Assembly: GCA_963829525.1 (NCBI GenBank)
Contig: CAWHIJ010000003.1
Location: 2,272,001-2,336,000, forward strand
Direction: 5' to 3'
Source of the DNA: an uncultured Actinomycetota bacterium
GTDB taxonomy: Bacteria; Actinomycetota; Actinomycetes; JAHEKZ01
DNA length: 64,000 nt
Positions 32,688 through 42,849 of the stretch are shown here, piece by piece. Every line of letters begins with the position of its first letter. Positions within the stretch are counted from its first letter, which is position 1. The notes beneath the pieces are model-generated. The model made no database searches. It was not told where the DNA came from and was given only the letters and a program-made list of their open reading frames with translations. The position numbers and the translations under genes were made by a program.

Positions 32688-34442
32688 CAGAGTTCGTCCT
32701 TGTCCCAGTCAGGCGCCATGTCGCGCGCATACTTGATGTCGTCGTTACTCGTGCCGGCAGCAACCATCGGCCAGACCATCGCGTCCTTGTGGACGACGAA
32801 ATCGATCACGACGGGACGGTCGTTGATCGCCATCGCCTTGTCGATCGTGGCGTCAACGTCCTCGGCGTTTTCGCACCGCAGCCCTTCGCATCCATATGCC
32901 TGAGCCAACGTGACGAAGTCGGGGATGCGAACCGAGTGGAGATCGGTGTTGGAGTAGCGCTCGTTGTAGAACAGCGTCTGCCACTGACGCACCATGCCAA
33001 GGCTGCTGTTGTTGATGATGGCCACTTTGATGGGGATGTCGTTGATCGCACACGTGGCCAACTCTTGGTTGGTCATCTGGAAGCATCCATCGCCGTCAAT
33101 TGCCCAGACCGTGGCCTCAGGACGCCCAACCTTGGCTCCCATGGCAGCCGGGACAGCGAAACCCATCGTGCCTAAGCCGCCAGAGTTCAACCAAGTTCCC
33201 GGGCGCTCATACTTGACGAACTGCGCAGCCCACATCTGGTGCTGACCAACGCCCGCCGTATAGAGAGCTTCTGGTCCGGCTATGGCGCCGAGTCGTTCGA
33301 TGACGTACTGCGGTGCGAGCATTCCGTCGGGGGCCGGGCTGAAGCCGAGTGGGTACGTGTCACGCATGCGCTCGAGGGTGTCGCGCCACGCATCGAAGTC
33401 TCCGACGCGACCGGCTTCATGCTCAGCCTCGACCGCCGCGATCAGCTCGACGATGACCTCTTTGGCATCACCGACGATGGGAACGTCGGCAACGCGGTTC
33501 TTCGAGATCTCAGCTGGGTCGATGTCAGCGTGGATGATGACAGCATCGGGGGCAAAGGTATCCAGACGTCCAGTGACCCTGTCGTCGAAGCGGGCGCCCA
33601 GAGCAACGATCAAGTCGGACTTCTGCAAGGCCCCGACAGAAGAAACGGTTCCGTGCATCCCGGGCATCCCCATATGCAGCGGGTGGCTGTCGGGGAAGGC
33701 GCCGCGGGCCATGAGTGTGGTCACCACCGGGATTCCGGTGAGCTCGGCGAGGCGCATGAGGTCGGCCCCAGCCCCGGCCGCGTGCACGCCCCCACCCACG
33801 TACAGAACGGGTCGCCTGGCCTCGACGATCAGCCGGGCAGCCTCACGCACCTGCTTGGTGTGCGGCTTCAGGACGGGTCGGTAGCCGGGAAGGTCGATCG
33901 ATGTTGGCCAGTCGTAGGTCGACATCGCCTGCAGCGCATCCTTGGAGATGTCGACGAGGACTGGGCCCTTGCGGCCGGTTCCGGCGATGTGGAACGCCTC
34001 GGCGATCGTCTTGGGGATCAGAGCAGCGTCGGTCACGAGGAAGTTGTGCTTGGTGATCGGCATCGTGATGCCGCGGATGTCGGCCTCTTGGAATGCGTCA
34101 GTCCCGATGGCAGCGCTCGGCACCTGTCCGGTGATGGCCACGATGGGGGTGGAGTCCATGTAGGCGTTGGCGATCGGTGTAACCAGGTTCGTAGCACCCG
34201 GGCCACTCGTTGCCATGCAGACCCCGACGCGTCCGGTTGCCATCGCGTAGCCCTCGGCTGCATGGCCGGCGCCCTGCTCGTGGCGCACAAGTATGTGGCG
34301 CACTGTTCGAGTCAAAGAGCGGGTCGTAGGCGGGAAGAATGGCACCACCGGGAATGCCAAAGACGGTGTCGGCGCCGACATCCTCAAGCGCCTTGACCAG
34401 GCTCTCCGCGCCCGACAGCTGGGGGCCGGCCGACTCGCTCAT
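32687..34442 (-). CDS. ilvB: acetolactate synthase large subunit (1-nt indel near 34306)
   Basis: [10 protein letters not shown] joins [12 protein letters not shown] in the next frame; [10 protein letters not shown] motif. Confidence 0.95.
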
Positions 34443-34491
34443 CGATCTCTCCTTCTTCGGGTCCTACCAAGTGCCAACACCGTGCTGATCC

Positions 34492-34552
34492 AACAAAAAA
34501 CCCCTCCGACCCGGGTGGGTGTGAGGGGTGCGCGCGGCTCGAGCGGTGCGGG
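34492..34552 (-). terminator. ilvB attenuator terminator
   Basis: ACCCCTC...GAGGGGT followed by TTTTTG; GCCGCGCGC pairs with GCGCGCGGC in the leader ORF. Confidence 0.85.
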
Positions 34553-34591
34553 TTAGGCCGCGCGCCACCGAACTACAACAATGAACTGCAT
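34553..34591 (-). CDS. ilvB leader peptide MQFIVVVRWRAA
   Basis: ATG CAG TTC ATT GTT GTA GTT CGG TGG CGC GCG GCC TAA; Ile/Val run in AT-ending codons. Confidence 0.85.
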   Translation of the reverse strand: MQFIVVVRWRAA

Positions 34592-34620
34592 GCCCCAAGG
34601 TTGGAGCCTGGCAGGCCATT

Positions 34621-34657
34621 GGTCAAGTGGTGACCCGGAGCATCTCAGCATACGGAC
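34621..34657. promoter_or_regulatory. candidate tandem NdgR operators upstream of the ilvB leader
   Basis: GGTCA-N5-TGACC (34621-34635) and TCTCA-N5-CGGAC (34643-34657). Confidence 0.45.
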
Positions 34658-34701
34658 ACGGCCTTGCCTCAACACCAGCCCAGCGGAACTAGCCTTGGCT
34701 G

Positions 34702-35298
34702 GTGCAGAGTTACGACGAACTACCCGAGGACTTGCCCGTCCCCCTGGACGACGGTGCCGCCGAACACCTCATGGGAGTCCGGCTTCCGGACAGATCTCTC
34801 CCCAGTACGACGAACCGGAGAGTGAACCCATCGGCACTCCCCGGCCGCATCGTGATCTACATCTATCCGATGACCGGACGCCCGGGCGTTGCCCTCCCCG
34901 AGGGCTGGGATGCCATCCCCGGCGCTCGGGGCTGCACACCTGAGTCGTGTGGGTTCCGCGATCACTTCGCTGAACTGCTCGACGCTGGGGCTGCGTCCGT
35001 CGTCGGACTATCCAGTCAGCCCACTGACTACCAACAGGAAGTCGTTGATCGTCTGCGGCTTCCGTATGAACTGCTGTCAGACGGGGACTTCGAGTGGGCA
35101 AAGGTTCTACGTCTCCCGACGTTCCGAGCAGCGGGTCAGCGGTTCCACTGTCGCCTCACGCTGATCGTGAAGGACGGCGTCATCGAGCACGTCTTCTACC
35201 CCGTGTTCCCACCCGACTCTCATGCCGTCGGCGTCCTCACCTGGCTGCGAGACAACGCCGACGGACGGTCAGCCGCAAACGGCACCTTGAGCGGCTGA
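34702..35298 (+). CDS. peroxiredoxin (BCP/redoxin family)
   Basis: [26 protein letters not shown]; -10 TAGCCT 6 nt upstream. Confidence 0.9.
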   Translation: MQSYDELPEDLPVPLDDGAAEHLMGVRLPDRSLPSTTNRRVNPSALPGRIVIYIYPMTGRPGVALPEGWDAIPGARGCTPESCGFRDHFAELLDAGAASVVGLSSQPTDYQQEVVDRLRLPYELLSDGDFEWAKVLRLPTFRAAGQRFHCRLTLIVKDGVIEHVFYPVFPPDSHAVGVLTWLRDNADGRSAANGTLSG

Positions 35299-36951
35299 CC
35301 CCACCAACCGGGCGTACTTGCCGAGGACGCCCTTGGTGTAGCGGGGCTCCTTCGGAATCCAGCCGTTGCGTCGCGCGTCCAGCTCACCGGCGTCCACAAG
35401 CAGGTCGAGCGTTCGCTCCGACATGTCGAGCCTGATCCGGTCACCGTCTTGCACGAAGGCGATCGGCCCGCCATGTGGGGCTTCGGGGGCGACGTGACCG
35501 ATGCAGAACCCGGCCGTCGCTCCGGAGAACCGGCCGTCGGTGACGAGCATGACGTCCTTGCCGAGCCCAGCACCCTTGATGGCTGCGGTGACCGCGAGCA
35601 TCTCGCGCATGCCGGGGCCGCCCTTCGGCCCTTCGTACCGGATCACGACGACGTCACCGGCGACGACGTGGCCGTGGGTGACGGCGCTCATCGCGTCCTT
35701 CTCGTCGTCGAAGACCTTGGCGGTGCCCTCGAAGACTGGCTTGTCGATGCTGGCCGCCTTGATCACTGAGCCTTCTGGCGCCAGTGATCCTTTGAGGATC
35801 ATCAGCCCACCGGTCGGGTGGATCGGGGCGGATACCGGGTGCAGAATCTCTCCATCCGGCTCCGGCGGGGCGAGTTGGGCCAGGTTCTCGGCCACCGTCT
35901 GGCCGGTGACTGTTAGTGCGTCGCCATGCAACAACCCGGCCTCCAGCAGCTCGCGCATGACGACGGGGACTCCCCCGATGCGGTCAATGTCGTTCATCAC
36001 GTAGCGACCGAACGGCTTCACGTCGGCCAGGTGCGGTGTGCGGTCACCGACGCGGTTGAAGTCGTCGATGGAAAGCTCGACCTCGGCCTCATGGGCGATG
36101 GCGAGCAGATGCAGTACCGCGTTGGTCGAACCGCCGAGCGCCATCACCACGGCGATCGCGTTCTCGAATGCGTGCTTGGTCATGATGTCCCGCGCTGTGA
36201 TTCCCTGGCGGAGCAACTCGACAACGGCCTCGCCGGATCGGAACGAGTACTCGTCACGACGCCGGTCGACGGCAGCTGGTGCCGCACTGCCCGGCAGCGA
36301 CATCCCCAGGGCCTCGCCGACGCTGGCCATCGTGTTGGCGGTGAACATGCCTCCGCAAGCACCCTCACCCGGACAGGCCTGCCGCTCGATCTCGTCCAGC
36401 TCGGCGCGGGTGATACGGCCGAGTGCGCAGGCCCCGACCCCCTCGAACGCATCCTGGATGGTGACGTCGTGGTCACCGACGCGTCCGGGAAGGATCGACC
36501 CCGCATAGACGAAAACGTTGGCGAGGTCGAGCCGAGCCGCCGCCATCAACATGCCTGGAAGCGACTTGTCGCAACCGGCAAACGTGACCGAACCGTCAAG
36601 CCGCTCCGCGTGCATCACCGTCTCGACCGAGTCCGCGATCACCTCACGGCTGACCAACGACGCACGCATGCCCTCGTGACCCATCGAGATGCCGTCAGAG
36701 ACCGAGATCGTGCCGAACTCCATGGGAAACCCACCCGCGGCGAAGACGCCTTCCTTCGCCTTGAGGGCCAGGCGCTTCAGAGACATGTTGCAAGGGGTGA
36801 TCTCGTTCCAGCTCGAAGCGATCCCGATCTGTGGCTTCTCCCAGTCGTCATCGGTCATGCCCACGGCGCGCAGCATGGCCCGGTTGGGCGCACGCTCCAT
36901 GCCGTCGGTGACGTCGCGACTGCGCGGCTTGAGGTCGGGCTCTTCGCTCAT
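35269..36951 (-). CDS. ilvD: dihydroxy-acid dehydratase
   Basis: [42 protein letters not shown]. Confidence 0.98.
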   Translation of the reverse strand: MSEEPDLKPRSRDVTDGMERAPNRAMLRAVGMTDDDWEKPQIGIASSWNEITPCNMSLKRLALKAKEGVFAAGGFPMEFGTISVSDGISMGHEGMRASLVSREVIADSVETVMHAERLDGSVTFAGCDKSLPGMLMAAARLDLANVFVYAGSILPGRVGDHDVTIQDAFEGVGACALGRITRAELDEIERQACPGEGACGGMFTANTMASVGEALGMSLPGSAAPAAVDRRRDEYSFRSGEAVVELLRQGITARDIMTKHAFENAIAVVMALGGSTNAVLHLLAIAHEAEVELSIDDFNRVGDRTPHLADVKPFGRYVMNDIDRIGGVPVVMRELLEAGLLHGDALTVTGQTVAENLAQLAPPEPDGEILHPVSAPIHPTGGLMILKGSLAPEGSVIKAASIDKPVFEGTAKVFDDEKDAMSAVTHGHVVAGDVVVIRYEGPKGGPGMREMLAVTAAIKGAGLGKDVMLVTDGRFSGATAGFCIGHVAPEAPHGGPIAFVQDGDRIRLDMSERTLDLLVDAGELDARRNGWIPKEPRYTKGVLGKYARLVGSAAQGAVCG

Positions 36952-37646
36952 GTCGGAAGCCTACGGGTGACCCAGACGTCCCGGACCGGGTGCCCTAGCC
37001 GTCTGGCCCGGCGCTCGTACTTGGTCACCGGGCGGTCCAGGACCCCAGGGATCGAGCGTGGTGCGAACCCGTCGAACGGGTTGTGCAGCCGAGGTTCGGC
37101 GCCGAGGACGGCCAACATTTGGTCCGCGTACTCCATGTCATCGGTCGCGCAATGGACGAAGGCATCAGGAGCGAGTTTGTCGACCATCATCGCCGCGAAG
37201 TCCGGCTGGACGAGCCGACGTTTTCGGTGCCGCGCCTTGGGCCATGGGTCGGGGAAGAAGATCCTGGCGCCAGCCAAGGCGCCATCGCTGATCCGCTGAT
37301 CCAGGAACTCCACCGCGTCCCCGAGCACGACGCGCACGTTCGTGAGGCCGTCGCGCTCGACCTGTCGGAGCAGGGTCGCGATCCCCCTGGTGTGCACGTC
37401 GATCGCGATGATGTCGGCGTCCGGGGCTCCGGCCGCCTGCGCTCGGGTGCTCTCTCCCATCCCGCAGCCGATATCGACCACAACCGGAGCCACCCTGCCA
37501 AATGTCTCGCTGAGGTCGAGCCGCTCCCCGGCAGGCTCCAGGCCCCACCGCCCGACAAGGGTGGCGAGTGCCTCACGGTGGGCGTCGCCGAGTCGCCCTC
37601 GCCTCGCGTGGAAGGTGCGGACGCGGTGCGACGGGGCGTCAGCCAC
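36948..37646 (-). CDS. trmB: tRNA (guanine-N7)-methyltransferase
   Basis: [32 protein letters not shown]. Confidence 0.93.
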   Translation of the reverse strand: MADAPSHRVRTFHARRGRLGDAHREALATLVGRWGLEPAGERLDLSETFGRVAPVVVDIGCGMGESTRAQAAGAPDADIIAIDVHTRGIATLLRQVERDGLTNVRVVLGDAVEFLDQRISDGALAGARIFFPDPWPKARHRKRRLVQPDFAAMMVDKLAPDAFVHCATDDMEYADQMLAVLGAEPRLHNPFDGFAPRSIPGVLDRPVTKYERRARRLGHPVRDVWVTRRLPT

Positions 37647-37932
37647 CGGCGACGGAAGGAAGAACGAGCACCACGGCATCCTGTCCGAGGACGGTCGCCG
37701 TGCCATTCGCGCCCCGAACGTCGGCCCCATCGGCGTAGACGTTGACATGGCGGCGAAGCTGGCCAGACTCGGTGCGCAGCCGCCGCACCAGATGCGGATG
37801 CACACCAGCTACAAGGTCGAGCAGGTCGCCGACCGTTGGGTCGGGGCGGTCCATCTCTACCGCTAGCGTGCGCCGACCACCGGCCACGTCGGCGAGCACT
37901 GAGGGCAGTTCGAGCGTGACGCGAACGGTCAT
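37639..37932 (-). CDS. MoaD/ThiS family ubiquitin-like protein
   Basis: LRRHVNVY...LPSVAGG C-terminal GG. Confidence 0.92.
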   Translation of the reverse strand: MTVRVTLELPSVLADVAGGRRTLAVEMDRPDPTVGDLLDLVAGVHPHLVRRLRTESGQLRRHVNVYADGADVRGANGTATVLGQDAVVLVLPSVAGG

Positions 37933-39021
37933 GGCAGGAGGGCCGCGCGAACGCAAAGAACGTCAGGCAGATGGCTCACCAGCTGGTTCCAGCTCGTCCC
38001 GCCGTCGGAGCTGCCCCAGACCTCACCCGAGCGGGTCCCTAGGTAGATGCCAGCCGGATCGGCGGCGTCCGTGGTGAGTGCATCGCGCAGCACAATCGTG
38101 TGGAAACCAGACTCTGGAAGACCGGTCGAGGAGTCGATCCAGGCACGCCCGCCGTCAACGCTGCGGTACACGCCGGCTCGGCCGCCGACCGGGAACCGGT
38201 TCATGTCGGCCGAGAGCGGGAAGAGGAAGAAGGCGCCATCTGGACCAGGGGTTCGCGTCAGACCGAACCCGAAGATGGCCGGTAGTCCCTCCTGAGCCTC
38301 TTGCCAGAGACTTGCCTCCGTCTTCGCTGCGGAAGACACCGCCGTGGTTCTGCAGCATGAGCAGGTCTGGGTCCTCAGAGTCGCGCACCACTTTGTGCAC
38401 GCATTGGCCGTACTCCACTTCCTGCCTCGGGCAGGAAAGGGGCACCCACCCCGCGGTTCGAGGGGTTCCAGCTCGCCCCGGCGTCCTCGGTGACGTACAC
38501 CCCTCCGGTCGACATCGCCACCATTACGCGCGATGGATCGGACGGGTGCGGCAACACCGTGTGGAGGCACTGTCCGCCCGCGCCGGGCTGCCAGTCTGGG
38601 CGATGTGGGTGGTCCCACAGACTTCGCACCAAGGCGAAGGTGCGGCCGCCGTCGCTCGGATCGGAAGAGCGCAGAAGGCTCGACTCCTGCCCATACCTCG
38701 TGGGGGCGGCTCTCCGGTCCGGGCTGCAGCTGCCAGATCTGCTCGACGTCGGCGCCGGCGTCCGGCTGGAAACGAATCGACCCACCGGGCTCCTCGGCCC
38801 ATGTATCGACCACGATCGTCGGAGGTGAACACCGCTGGTCCCCAGTGCTCGTTGCGGCCTCCGGCCATCAGCCGGGCCGGACTGCGCCGCGTGTCGATCG
38901 CGACAGCGGCGACGGCAGCCATTGAGTGGTGCGGCCCCTCCCACTCCCAGGAGTCCCGGTCAGAAGACCATCCGAGGAAGAGCCCCTTCTTGGTCCCAAC
39001 CGCAAGCATCACCTGCGTCAC
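37929..39021 (-). CDS. BNR/Asp-box beta-propeller protein (sialidase-like; about 4 frameshifts)
   Basis: LAVGTKKGLF, WGPAVFTSDD, GQCVHK, QNHGGVFRSEDGG, repeated SxDGGxxW boxes. Confidence 0.85.
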
Positions 39022-39114
39022 ACGAACCTCCCGAAGAGGGTCGAGGCGGCCCCCGCCTCGGCCAGTCTGGCCGTTGGCGGTCACCGGCACACAAGCCCTT
39101 CCAAAGTGCAGATG

Positions 39115-40023
39115 TCAGTCGACACGCACGACGTTGGCAAGCGTCTGTCCTGCCGCGAACCGATCGAGCTGCTCCTGCAGCAACCGCCACGCACGCGGAA
39201 GAAACGCCGACGTGTCACCACCAACATGGGGGGTAATCAACACATTAGGTGCGAGCCACAGGGGATGGTCGGGCGGGAGCGGCTCGGGATCGGTGACGTC
39301 GAGGGCGGCACGCAGACGTCCAGCCGTGAGTTCAGCGACCAGAGCATCGGTGTCGACGACCGGTCCCCTTGCAACGTTGACGACCAAAGCTCCATCGGGC
39401 AGCGCAGCGAGGAATCCACGATCTGCCAGATGATGAGTTTCTGGGCCGTAAGGGATTGCGAGGATGACAACGTCGGCCGTCGGAAGCAGATCTCTTAGTT
39501 CATCGGCGCCACGGACTCCGTCGCGCGCCGTCCTCGCCACAACCTGCAGGTCTACCTCAAAGGGACCTAGCCGAGCCGCGATCGCCGAACCAACCGAGCC
39601 AGCACCGACGAGTACGACGCGACGGTCGGCGAGGGCATCGTGGCGTGCGTGCAACCAGGTGCCTTCATCCTGCGCGCGCAAGAAGTTGGGAAACCCTCGC
39701 AGACTCGCGATGGCAAGGCCGACGGCCAGCTCTGCGGTGCTCGCATCGTGGACTCCTGCGGCATTGCAGAGGATGACGCCCGACGGAAGGTGGGCCAGAA
39801 CGTCGTCCACGCCCGCCGTCAGGGTCTGCACAACCTTCAGCGACCCCATCGCATCCATGACCTCAAAGGCCTGGTCCGGTCCCATGTACTCGGGAACATA
39901 GAGGGCGACGTCGCCAACCGATCCTGGAACGGGCTGGCCACTTCGCCACACCTCGACGCTCAACTCCGGTGCCACGCTCAGGTGCTCCGACCAGTCATCG
40001 TCGGGGAGCCATACCAGCGTCAT
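39115..40023 (-). CDS. D-2-hydroxyacid dehydrogenase
   Basis: GAGSVG, NVARG, LDVTDPEPLP, TPHVGG. Confidence 0.92.
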   Translation of the reverse strand: MTLVWLPDDDWSEHLSVAPELSVEVWRSGQPVPGSVGDVALYVPEYMGPDQAFEVMDAMGSLKVVQTLTAGVDDVLAHLPSGVILCNAAGVHDASTAELAVGLAIASLRGFPNFLRAQDEGTWLHARHDALADRRVVLVGAGSVGSAIAARLGPFEVDLQVVARTARDGVRGADELRDLLPTADVVILAIPYGPETHHLADRGFLAALPDGALVVNVARGPVVDTDALVAELTAGRLRAALDVTDPEPLPPDHPLWLAPNVLITPHVGGDTSAFLPRAWRLLQEQLDRFAAGQTLANVVRVD

Positions 40024-40078
40024 GGCTGTCCACGGTATCCGTCGCGCCTGCCGCAGCAAGAGGCCCCATCATGGAGTG

Positions 40079-41264
40079 GTGGGCATCAAACTCGAGTCGA
40101 GCGGCGGCGTTGGATCAAACGGCGGCGCCACGTCCCGATCGCGGACTGTTGTACTGGTGGTCGCGGTTGTGCTCGTGGTCGCGGCGGTCGCTGTCATCGG
40201 CACTCAGTGGAAGGTGCTGCCGTGGGTACCCGACGCGGCAACCTTCGGGACGGCAAGTCCGCCCGACGCCTCCTCGACCCCGCCCGATGTGGGCGAGCCC
40301 ATCGACCTGGCCACCGACCTTGCCGTGCCATGGGGGCTGACGTTCTTGCCCGACGGACGTGCGTTGGTCGGCGAGCGAACCACCGGTGAAGTCAGCGTGA
40401 TTGTCCCCGGAGAGGCTCGCCGCGCCGATCGGCACCGTTCCCGACGTTGCCGACAATGGTGAGGGTGGTCTGCTCGGCATCGTCGCCTCGCCCACGTTCG
40501 AGGACGACCAACTCATCTACGCCTACGTGACGACGAACATCGACAACCGCGTGATCACGATGGAGCTCGGCGACGACGTACTGCGTAATCCGATGCCGAT
40601 ACTGACCGGCATCCCCGACGAGTCCTACCACGACGGTGGTCGTCTGCTGTTTGGGCCAGATGGAATGCTCTACGTCACCACGGGGGATGCTGGTGTGCCC
40701 GAGAACGCCCAGGACCTTTCGTCGTTGTCAGGGAAGATCCTTCGCGTGAATGCGGACGGCTCAGTCCCCGACGACAACCCATTCGCTGGCTCACCTGTGT
40801 GGAGCTATGGACATCGCAACGTCCAAGGCCTGGCCTTCGACGACGACGGACGGCTCTGGGCGTCGGAGTTCGGCTCGTCCGCCTACGACGAGCTCAATCT
40901 GATCGAACCAGGAGCGAACTACGGGTGGCCGGAGGTCGAGGGCGTCGGCGGTGAGGTGTCCGAGACGAGCGGGTTCGTCGACCCGCAAGTCACCTGGCCG
41001 ACCAGTGAGGCCTCCCCCAGCGGACTGGCATGGCTCGGCGGCGTGCTCTACATGGGCGCGCTCCGTGGCGAGCGTCTCTGGGAGATACCCGTCAGCGGTG
41101 ATACGGCCCAGGAGCCGACTGCTGCCCTTGAAGGGGAGCTAGGGCGCATCCGCACCGTCGTGGTGGCACCCGACGGCGACCTGTGGCTGACCACGAGCAA
41201 TACCGACGGGCGCGGGGACCCGCGCGATGGTGACGACCGTGTGGTTCGCGTCAGCCTCAGCTGA
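40079..41264 (+). CDS. PQQ-dependent glucose/sorbosone dehydrogenase family (frameshift near 40405)
   Basis: VPWGL, GEGGLLG, HDGGRL, GHRNVQG, NYGWP; start uncertain. Confidence 0.88.
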
Positions 41265-41363
41265 CACACGGTTAGCCGAGGTGGTAGCCCTCCTGGGGCC
41301 GGAGCAGTAGGTGCGTGTGTCTGGTTGCTCGCAGAACGCGTCGGAATTTCAGCCTGGGTGTCT

Positions 41364-41385
41364 TGTCGGTGGGTTGGTTTAGCGT
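41364..41385 (+). promoter_or_regulatory. PafBC-type (RecA-NDp) promoter
   Basis: Exact TGTCGG-N10-TAGCGT. Confidence 0.8.
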
Positions 41386-41537
41386 GGGTGTTGTTGGTAG
41401 CGGTAGTGAGATGAAGGTGATGGAACCCCCGTCGTACTGGTGTGCTGGTGGTACTGGTGCTACCGGTAGCGCGGGGTTCGATGAGACCAGGTGATGGCCG
41501 CTGCTGGTCCTGGTTGTCGTCGGAAGGTCGCTGGTCG

Positions 41538-42821
41538 ATGTTTACCCCTGAGGTGTTGCCGGAGCCGTTGCTTGCGGTGCTTGGTCAGGTGCGGGCTTGG
41601 TCCGGTGCCGATGCCCGGCAGGCTTTGGTGGGCGCTGACGCTCAGACCCGTGCGGGCTGGGTGGTGGGGTTGCAGCAGCTTGCTGATGCGGTCGCGGTGG
41701 CGAACCTGGCGGCGGTGGCGGCGTTCGACGCTGCGGGTGACGGCCAGGTGCTGCATGGTGCGGCGTCGACGCAGGCGTGGATCCGGGGTGCGTGCCGGGT
41801 GAGCGGTGCGGAGGCCGCTGAGCGGGTCAGGATCGCCCGGGCCGCTCGCGGGTTCCTCGGCGGCGCGGTCAGCAAGGTGGGTGAAGGCTTGTTGACCTAT
41901 GACCACCTACGCGCGGTCGAACGCGGCGTGCGGCACATTCCGCAGTCCCGGCAACCGGCGGCGGTGACCGTGCTGACCGACCTGGCCGAGGTCGGGTCGG
42001 TCACCGATGTGCGGACCGCCGGCAAGCACCTGCAGTTCGTGGTCGACCCCGACGGGTCTCTGGCCGACAGCTGTCAGCAGTTCGACCGCCGGTATCTGAC
42101 CCTGGCTCCGTTGCTGGATGGGATGACCTCCCTGGGCGGCCTCCTCGACGCTGAATCAGCCGCCCTGTTGACCGCGGCCCTAGAGCCGTTCCTGGTCCCT
42201 GCCGACGCCGCTGACACCCGCACCGCCGCGCAACGCCGCGCCGACGGGCTGGTCCAGATCGTCGCCTCCGCCGCCGACCAGGCGCTGCTCCCGGTCATCG
42301 GGGGTGAACGCCCCCACCTGCACGTGATCATCGACCCGCGCAGGCCTGCTTCAGATGTCCCCGGCGACACCGATCCAGCGACGCTGCCGCCGGGGCGGCT
42401 CCCGCAAGCACCCGGCGGTTCGGCGTTCCTGCACCCGGTGGCGGTGGCCCGGATCGGCTGCGACGCGCAGCTGACCGCGCTGCTCCTCGACGACCACGGC
42501 GTCGTGGTCGACCTCGGCCGCACCCGGCGGCTGTTCTCCCCGCAGCAGCGACGATTGCTCGCCGCCCGCGACGGCGGCTGCCGCTTCCCCGGCTGCGACC
42601 GGCCACCGGCCCACACCGACGCCCACCACCTGGTCCCCTGGCACGAAGGAGGCACCACCGACCTCGCCAACGCCCTACTGCTGTGCCGCCACCACCACAG
42701 AGCCGTCCACGAAGGCAAATGGACCCTGAACACGGCAAACCCCGAACGGGGAACCCACGGACCCATCACAGTCACCAGCCCCACCGGCCAACAACTCACC
42801 ACCCACCCCCGCGCACCCTGA
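41538..42821 (+). CDS. DUF222 domain / HNH endonuclease (13E12-repeat family)
   Basis: DTRTAAQRRADGL, GERPHL, LGRTRRLF, RDGGCRFPGC...AHHLVPW.EGG.TDLAN..LLCRHHHRAVH. Confidence 0.93.
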   Translation: MFTPEVLPEPLLAVLGQVRAWSGADARQALVGADAQTRAGWVVGLQQLADAVAVANLAAVAAFDAAGDGQVLHGAASTQAWIRGACRVSGAEAAERVRIARAARGFLGGAVSKVGEGLLTYDHLRAVERGVRHIPQSRQPAAVTVLTDLAEVGSVTDVRTAGKHLQFVVDPDGSLADSCQQFDRRYLTLAPLLDGMTSLGGLLDAESAALLTAALEPFLVPADAADTRTAAQRRADGLVQIVASAADQALLPVIGGERPHLHVIIDPRRPASDVPGDTDPATLPPGRLPQAPGGSAFLHPVAVARIGCDAQLTALLLDDHGVVVDLGRTRRLFSPQQRRLLAARDGGCRFPGCDRPPAHTDAHHLVPWHEGGTTDLANALLLCRHHHRAVHEGKWTLNTANPERGTHGPITVTSPTGQQLTTHPRAP

Positions 42822-42849
42822 CCGAATCCGGTACTGACGCGACCTCCGC

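Larger units (their letters stand above)
41337..42841 (+). mobile_element. candidate DUF222-HNH element with imperfect terminal complementarity
   Basis: Left end cgcgtc..ttcagcctgggtg resembles the reverse complement of right end caccctgaccgaa..gacgcg; G/T to C/A skew flip; mobility is inference. Confidence 0.4.
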
